Source: Eledone cirrhosa (Eukaryota). From it: a stretch of DNA of 64,000 nucleotides. This document shows positions 55,832-64,000 of the stretch, one piece after another. Positions within the stretch are counted from its first letter, which is position 1. Every line of letters begins with the position of its first letter. The stretch lies in the NCBI GenBank assembly GCA_964016885.1, contig OZ024757.1, positions 6,820,001 through 6,884,000 on the forward strand, given 5' to 3'. Both the position numbers and the translations under genes were made by a program. The notes under the pieces were generated by a model. The model was given only the letters and a program-made list of their open reading frames with translations. It ran no database searches and was not told the origin of the DNA.

Positions 55832-56060
55832 TTAACCCTTTAGCATTTAAACCACCCATACCTAGCCAGAATACTCTCACATCTTTCTGTTCAAACCGGC
55901 CATAACTGGCCACTCATACTGACGTTAAGGTATTGTTCTCAATATAAATAATATCAAAATCTCATAGATTCGATATTATGTGAGATAATTATGTAAGATA
56001 AAGCCTTTACCACAAAAATACAATAGTATATATAGAGTAATAAAAATGCTAAAGGGTAAA
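55832..56060. mobile_element. piggyBac-like MITE nested in the RTE
   Basis: TTAA|ccctttagcattt...aaatgctaaaggg|TAAA. A related internal sequence occurs inverted at ~48575-48762. Confidence 0.75.
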
Positions 56061-57173
56061 AGTAGCTTATTATTTTGTGAGCTCTTGCTACTTATTGCTC
56101 TTGTGCATCAAGAACATACACAGCTTACATTTTGTTGCTAACCTTACTGAGATCCAACTACATCTCTTGTTTATCCATAGTTTGGAATTTCTACCAACTC
56201 CTTTAGACTGAGCAAGGCCATTTTCTTGAGGGGATATAGACCCTGCTTTTCTTTCTATTTTGCCAAGTTTACTTTAAGGCATTTTCATTCTAGGCCATGC
56301 TTACAGGTTTGGAATTTTTCCTCTAATGTTACCATAGATTAAGGTACAAGGGTTCAATCATGTACATACAGGAGTTCCCATGGACAGCCAGTCTTAAACT
56401 CTTATGTAATAGCCTGCAGGATGATAATAAACAGAAGAGGGTTAATTACAGAGCCCTGATAGAGGGTTAATAACAGAGCCCTGATAGACTTGTTCACTCA
56501 ACTCCTCACTATAGCCATCATTACTTTTAACCTTACTGACTGCTCCTCCATACATGACTTTTACTGCTCTCACAAGCCACTCATATACCCCTAGTTTTCT
56601 AAGTTATACACCAGATTATGGAACGGGGAAGTCTCACAGAAGCTCTCTCTGGGTCAACAAATGCCAAGTAGAGGGGCTTATTTTAGCTAGGTACTGCTCT
56701 TGCAGTTGCCACACAAGGAAGAGGACATCAGTGGTACTTTTACCTGGCACAAATCCAAACTTCATCTCATATAGGTTAACTTGGTCCCTAATCAGCTGTG
56801 TTATAACTCTAACACCTTCATGAAGTGATCCATCTAATGTCTCTATAGTTTTCTAGCTCTAGTACATCTCCTTTGCCCTTGCAGCAGTTGATGATGATGA
56901 TACTACACCATTTATTTGGTATGACACCATTTTGTATTACTTGCTGTACGATACCAGTGGTTAAGATGTGACCCACCATCCCAGATACTTTCAGTATCTC
57001 AGCAACTATCACCAATGGACAAGATACTTTCTCTGTCTTCATATCCTTAATTACCTTACTACACTACTGCTTACTTGTATGGCTGGACCCTCCGTTGGGC
57101 ACACTTTCTGTAGACTATCTTCCTCCCATGCATTCTCCTCATTCAGTAATCTTTCATAAAGGCATTTCCATGT

Positions 57174-57375
57174 TACAAAGGTTGGCTGAAAAGTTCATAG
57201 ACTATCAATGATAGCATGATGCTAGAGCTGTGAAATCTTGCCTGCAGTAATTTCAACTCTTCTTATTAATAACTGCATTGTTTCCCTCCAGGGACTATGT
57301 TGAAAAATAAACTTCATTTGGTCATTCCATGAGAGTATCTTGGTCTGTCTATGAACTTTTCAGCTGACCCTATTC
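57174..57375. mobile_element. Tc1/mariner-like MITE nested in the RTE
   Basis: TIRs aaggttggctgaaaagttcatagac and gtctatgaacttttcagctgaccct. A related end occurs at ~43270-43318. Confidence 0.7.
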
Positions 57376-58085
57376 AGCATCAGTGAGCCCAAATGCCCCA
57401 TTATTATCCTGGACACACTTTACCCCAACATCACAATTTTCCCTCCCACACTGCCTCACAATCCTGAACATCTCACGTATTTCATCCTCACATCATAAAA
57501 CCAGCTGAAATTATATATTCTCTGCTTCCCTCCTTGCAAAGAATACTTCTTGCCTAGCTTCCTGGTAGTGTACCCTCCATATTCCCCCATTCTGCCATTA
57601 TTCCATGCCTGTCTCTTGGCCTTAACTGTCTCATCTACCCTAGTGTTTCACCACCAAGTTACTCTCCTTCTCTCTGAAGCCCTGCTCCAGCCACAGATCT
57701 AGTTTGACACCTTCAGCAAAGTTTCTTTAAGGAACTCCCACTGTTCCCCTATATTGTATGTTTCTATTTGTTCTTCCTTACTGTTGTAAAGATCAAACAA
57801 AATATCTCTAAATTTGGAAATGGCTGAGGGTTCCTTCAACTTCCATATCCTTCTCCTCCAGGTTGCCCCCAGTCTTCAAGTTCATCTAAGTCTATGAAAT
57901 CACTAACTACTGGGTTATGTTGGGAGGTGCATTCTTCCCCAGGGGGTGGGGATTGTGTGTTTACAAATGTCATTATCTCATCTTCTGGTGAGGATAAAAA
58001 TCTGACTGGCATGCTCCTCTGACCAATAGGTGTTGAACTGGTTGTCGGGTAAACGTTAAGACTCTCTTATATACATATATATATA

Positions 58086-58137
58086 CTAGCAGTGGTACCC
58101 GGCGTTGCACGGGATAACGTATTTTGGAACGCGGGCC
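58086..58137 (-). mobile_element. Helitron 3' terminus (5' extent uncertain, possibly to ~59400)
   Basis: The minus strand reads CCCGTGCAACGCCGGG (hairpin), taccactg, then CTAG followed by T, in a TA run. Confidence 0.8.
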
Positions 58138-59460
58138 GCCATCTTCCACTTCAGCCGGTCGCCCTAAAGTGTTGGCTATTCAGTCTACTTGAGGCCATCT
58201 GGTGAGGGGGGTAAAACTTTTAGTGTGCTACTACCCTCACGGTCAAATAGAAAGGGAGAGGAAGATAAGTCAGCGTTAATATCATGCTACACGAAAAAAG
58301 ACAGAAAGAAAGGGGAAGAAAAGGAAGAAGAAGAAAAGTCAGCGTTAATGTCGAGCTACAAGAAGAAAGACAGAAAGAAAGAGGAAGAGAAGTACGTACT
58401 AATGTCAAGCTAGTCAGGCGAGGAGTGGCGCGAAAAAATGTTATTCTAAAGGACCCGTATCTTAACAGAGGTAAATATAGTGGGGGTCTGCATGTTACAA
58501 TGTGTGAGCAGAAGATTGGAATATTAAATTTGTGTTTAGATTTATAGGATGAAGTTACAAAAATTTAATATTTAATATTAACATTATAAAATTTAAGAAA
58601 TTAGAAAATTGAAAATTAAACAGTTTAAAATTTGTGAGGTTTAAGTAAAGAAAGAGTCTTTTATGAAGAAACTTAAATTGTATTATAGAGTAAAGATTAT
58701 GTCTTTGTTTAGCAGTCAAACAGCATGCGGCGACTTCAGGCTCCGCCGGCCCAACCTTACCGCGTGTCAGCCCTTCCGAGTGATATCGCCTAGCGAAAGA
58801 TACGGAAATCAATTTTTCCAAGCACTCTAGGAAGGTATAACAGGCTTCAGGTGCGCCAAGACAATAGGGTTTGCCTGTCTCTATTTAAGAATAAATCAAG
58901 AAAATAAATACAAACCGATTTGAACACATATATGTATATATCTGAGTTCGTTTTTCTTTTATATTCAATTATATATTCGGCTCCGTTAATTTGTTGAGCT
59001 ATTTCAAATGTCGAATAAACCTGGCTGCTATTGTTAGTGGTGTAAGTTTGTGAGACACGCTAAGATACCATGTGCGTTGTTATATATAGCACACTATTCA
59101 GTTACTTAATATACTTAGAAGTGTCTAGGATACTAATTCATCACCCACTGATGAGCAAGAATTGGTATTTCTATTCACAATTAATATTGCGAAACAGCAC
59201 CAAGAGCTGTCTGAGTGATTGGTAGTTACCACAATTCCGATTTGTATTTGTTTTCTTGATTTATTCTTAAATTGAGACAGGCGAACCCTATTGTCTATAG
59301 TTAGTATTCTTTTCACCTTGGCGAATCTGGCCCCTTGCGATTTGAACACATATATGTATATATCTGTGTTCGGTTTTCTTTTATATTCAATTATAATTAC
59401 ATATATATATATATTTATATATATATATATGTATATATATATTTATATATATATATATAG

Positions 59461-61270
59461 TCACGGAGCACCTCCGAGATATTCGTCTCGGGGGCAGTTC
59501 CCCCATCGCCCGCCACTTTGGTGGCCCTGGACACTCCGCACGCCATCTCACAGTCTGTGGCCTACTCTAGTGCCACGGAACACCCGCCCATTGCCTTACG
59601 GTCGAACAACGAACTATCTTCATCTTACAGACCCACACTCCCCCCGGCCTGAACTCCCCACCCTTATTCCTTTAGCGTTCGACCGCCCCCCTCCCCTCAC
59701 ACTTATCCCCCACTAACACCACTAACACACCCCTCCTTTTCACTGCCTACCCCACACTAACAATACTAACAACTCCACTCCACCCCTTATCTGACCACCC
59801 TTCCCCAACTAACATACTAACATCCCTTCCCTCCCCTCTTCTCCTCCTCCCCCCTCCTTATCACACGCACACACCCACCGGCACATATATACACGCGCTC
59901 ACACTAAACACACACCCTACTACCACCACTAACCCTCACCCCCACACCTCCATCCCACCACCACGCAACTAACCTCACTAACACCCCCTAACCCCAAGCA
60001 CACGAACACACGCACCCACATACACCACCCACCCCACACGCAACTAACATCACTAACACCCCCCAACCCCACGCACACGTACCCACACACCCTCGTACAC
60101 CACCAACTCTACACACCCTACCACCACTAACCCCCACTCACACCTCCATTCAACCCCTCCCCACCTCCCGTATACTAACACCCACTAACACCTCTTCATC
60201 AAACTACACACACACCAGTACACCACACTCCCTCCATAGAACCACACACACCCTTCTCTCCCCGCTCCACCCACACCCTCGCTCCACACTCACTCATCCC
60301 ACTAACACCCCTACTAATATACACACACACACACACACACACACCCTCCTCACTCCAACTTTCACACCTACCCATCCTCGCCCCCTTACCATTCCACCGA
60401 CTGCTGCTATGCCCTCTGACCACCTCCCAACACCAACAGACCACAGCACTCCCACTGCTGACCACTTCCTGTTGCGCGCGCACCCCACATCTCTCCTCTT
60501 CCGACCACCGCTTTATGGATTACCCACACGCAGAAATTGACTTACAACCAATCCACTAAACATCCTTGGAACTTACCAACTTTTCAACCATCCTCTTACG
60601 TAATCACCTATATAACTCACCCACAAAAATTTTTTTCTCCACACGCCACACACGCTTAAACCCCACGCACACGTGCTTCCCACCACATATTTACACCCTC
60701 AGCCTCCTGATTCCTCTCCCCCCACCCATCTATACACACACACACAGACACTCCGACCCACAAAACACCCCCCACACACACCTCTTCCTGAACATGCAAC
60801 CCCGTTCTTCCCCCAACCCTTACTTTCACATACACACACACACGCACACCTACACACACACACCACCTTCAGCCCTCCCCGCTCGGACACCCCGTCTCCC
60901 TCTCCCCACTCCACCCGCCACCACCCCTACTCACCCCACACCCTTCCACCACCTGTTTACCCCCCTTTTAATTTCAATTTATTTTGATCATGCCTTTATT
61001 TTTAAATTTTCTCATTCCTTGTATTTTGATCATGCTTTATTTTTATTTTTTATCTTTATTTGTTATTTTTTCATTCGCACCGTTTCCTTTCGCTATATGT
61101 CTCTCCACCACTCCCCTACACACCTTTTGAACTCTGTTCCCACACACTTCTCACCTGAGGAAGGGCTTATGCCCGAAACGTCGTCCCCCACCTACCCCCC
61201 ACTCTCCTGAGCGTGAAATTAATAAACATTTATTGTACTGCCTCTCTGTTTTGTCCCTGTTCAAATTTTT
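59461..61270 (+). mobile_element. C/A-rich low-complexity element ending in a Penelope-like pLTR motif
   Basis: Strong C/A skew, ctgaggaagggcttatgcccgaaacgtc followed by aataaa, and (TA)n on both sides. Confidence 0.5.
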
Positions 61271-61272
61271 CC

Positions 61273-61377
<105 letters not shown>

Positions 61378-61664
61378 AGTAGACACACAATGACAGCCAG
61401 AATCAGTATTTCATTTATGGACCTCAAAATATAGAAGCAGCTTCACCTCAGTGGGATTTTTACTCTGAGAGCTAGAGCAGACACTGAACATATATCCAGA
61501 TGTGAACACATCTATATAAGAACACATATATAAATATACACATATATACACACACATACACATATTTATACACACGTAATTATACTCACATATAGATATA
61601 CATATACACAAATGAAGATACAATCATATTCATGGACAGAAATTTCCCCACACATACATATACA

Positions 61665-61740
<76 letters not shown>

Positions 61741-61927
61741 CATATACACTCGTATATATATATATATATTCTTTGCTTAAACTTTAATCTGTTTTTTTAA
61801 TGTTTGCTCTGAGGTTTTTATATATTTGATATATATTTATCCTTATAAATATATATATATATATCCTTTTATATATTTGCTATATATTTATCCCTCTTCG
61901 GATTTTAGTCTTCACATTTATTATATA

Positions 61928-62741
61928 CTAACAGTGGTACCCGGCGTTGCACGGGATAAGGTATTTTGGAACGCGGGCCCCCAACAGACCTAATTGTGGA
62001 AAAACTGCATGCCTGGACAATATGTAAAGAAAATAAACCAAAATCTCTGATGGCTGGATAATCTTTAAGATTGTCCTCGATGAAGCAGGAAAAATGCAGG
62101 TTTTCACCTAATGCGGACCCTAGGGGATCAAGAACATGAATATTTTATTATGTACTTTTATAGGCCTTGAAATGTCGGGAAAATCGGCTAGACCTAACGC
62201 CTCCAAAAAGCCCTAAGAGGCTGAAAAAATGAAGTTTTTCACCCTAGACTATAAAAAAGTTGGAATTTCTTTGCTTACGGTATGAAGAAGAGACTGACTA
62301 ATACATAGTTACAATTTCAAGAAAATCGGTCTGACGTAACACCTCAAAAACCCCTAAAAACCTGAAAAAACGCAGTTGTTCACGTAATGTGGGCCCTAGG
62401 GGATCAAACTCACAGACACACACACACACACACACACACGCAGGGACAGACATCCTCAGGGAAGTGACGTAATGCAGACAGTCAGACATACAGACAGATA
62501 TTATAAGGGTGCGACGTTATATGTATGTATCTATCTAAAAAGAGAAAGACTAAGAATTATAGAGCAAGATCACTAAATTGCCTAATGCTGTCCCTAGGGC
62601 ATTGAGAATTGGAAATTTATTTTACTCAGAACACTCCCTGAAACATAAGTATTACATGTGTAAAGTTTGAAAACAGTCGGTTGGGTGGTTCTCGAGTTTT
62701 AGGGATTCAAACTCACACACACACACAGACAGACATCCTCA

Positions 62742-62760
<19 letters not shown>
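61928..62760 (-). mobile_element. Non-autonomous Helitron
   Basis: Same 3' hairpin as 58086 (terminus TTAG). The opposite end acagacagacatcctcagttttatatata is typical of a Helitron 5' end. Internal repeats are present. Confidence 0.75.
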
Positions 62761-62805
<45 letters not shown>

Positions 62806-62974
62806 AAAGTTCTATTTATGGTTGCATTTAATAGGGTACGTCAAAATTATTTATAAAACTGTTTATATATTGTATTTTGTCTGATGAAGGCATACCATAT
62901 TTTAATTTGGTATCCCTGAAATATGTATAATGAAATAAATATGGTTTTATAAATATAGTTTCCATTTAATAATA

Positions 62975-63154
62975 TGGCAGTATCGGTAGAGAGTTGGACG
63001 CCATGCTTTGACGCATAGAGTTACTGCCCTTGCCATTCTGAGTTCAAATCCCGCCGAGGTTAACTTTGCCTTTCATCCTTACGGGGTCGATAAAATAAAG
63101 TACCAGTAATGTACTGGATAATTGCTGGCCTTGTGCCAAAAGTAGAAACAATTA
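62975..63154 (+). mobile_element. tRNA-derived SINE
   Basis: Same family core and B-box. Confidence 0.88.
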
Positions 63155-63160
63155 ATATCG

Positions 63161-63203
<43 letters not shown>

Positions 63204-63773
63204 GTAGTATAACAATAAAATGTTAAAGGTAATCCGATAAGAGTCTACGAAAACGTCTCATGGACAGTTTAAGCACACGGTAGTATGGGACTCAACAAGA
63301 TGTTTACTACGGGGACAATTGTGCTTGTCTTCCTATGTAAATATATCTTGGAGTAATAACAAAGTTAAGAATAACATGGTTGACAAAACAATCAAGGGTA
63401 TTTAATTATAGTCTTACAATTGTTTCCATGGTGGAATTGTCTATAAATTGCTAATACTGGAGAAGTATAAATCAACTTACAATACATTTAAATCAAACCA
63501 TTTCATCAGAAACTCTTAATAAATATAAAATATATGCCTAACGGTAAACTTAAAAGCACTACAACGGAATTGGCTGTCAGAAGTGAAAGTAGAAGAATGT
63601 GACGTCATTCGTCAACCTTCGTTTATTTCCGTATCACCACGGGTTTATTAATGTTTATTTACGTTAGCGTAGTAATCGATGAAAATATATTTATTTCGCT
63701 CTGTATATCAAATTAGAAAACAAGTTAGCGTAATCGATTTGTTTTCAAATAAAAATATATTTATATATTTCAA

Positions 63774-63956
63774 TAATTGTTTCTACTTTAGGCACAAGGC
63801 CAGCAATTACCCAGTGCATTACTGGTACTTTATTTTATCGACCCCGTAAGGATGAAAGGCAAAGTCAACCTCGGCGGGATTTGAACTCAGATCGTAAAGG
63901 GACGTAACTATGCTGGAAAGCATGGCGTCCGACCCTCCACCGATACTGCCAATCCA
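63774..63956 (-). mobile_element. tRNA-derived SINE
   Basis: Same family core and B-box. Confidence 0.88.
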
Positions 63957-64000
63957 AGCATGGATACAGTAAAGTGAGTAGATTTGCAAACACATCGATT

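Larger units (their letters stand above)
54910..58030 (-). mobile_element. Degenerate RTE LINE with nested MITEs
   Basis: (CAT)n tail at 54910; fragments RRLWWFGYV...GRPRKAW and IVAEILKVSG...NYRDI; WWN (ttcaccacca) linker near 57650. Confidence 0.88.

Noticed and set aside
59125-59349. KSQGARFAKV resembling a PIF1/Helitron helicase motif
   Set aside because: It is an isolated short match at a rearrangement junction, with no other helicase motifs in frame.

Overview
Eukaryotic, gene-poor window. The repeat families and the style of the C2H2 genes suggest an octopus/coleoid genome, which is an inference. Bases 1-33338 are one CpG-rich macrosatellite. Its ~1.78-kb unit is a long palindrome: 196-bp monomers, a unique arm, a 27-nt asymmetric loop, the inverted arm, inverted monomers, then a spacer. 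There are 19 palindrome centres; unit length changes in steps of one monomer, and the last centre is flipped. The array ends abruptly inside a 3'-truncated CRE-like non-LTR retrotransposon fragment. Bases 33.3-64 kb are AT-rich and hold two minus-strand tandem C2H2 zinc-finger genes (one with an in-frame stop, one with a late frameshift) that share a conserved upstream block. The same region has RTE LINEs with a PHD finger inside the RT, tRNA-derived SINEs, MITEs, two Helitron 3' ends, Penelope remnants with hammerhead-like motifs, a perfect 151-bp-arm hairpin and many micro/minisatellites. The ORFs in the satellite are considered spurious.
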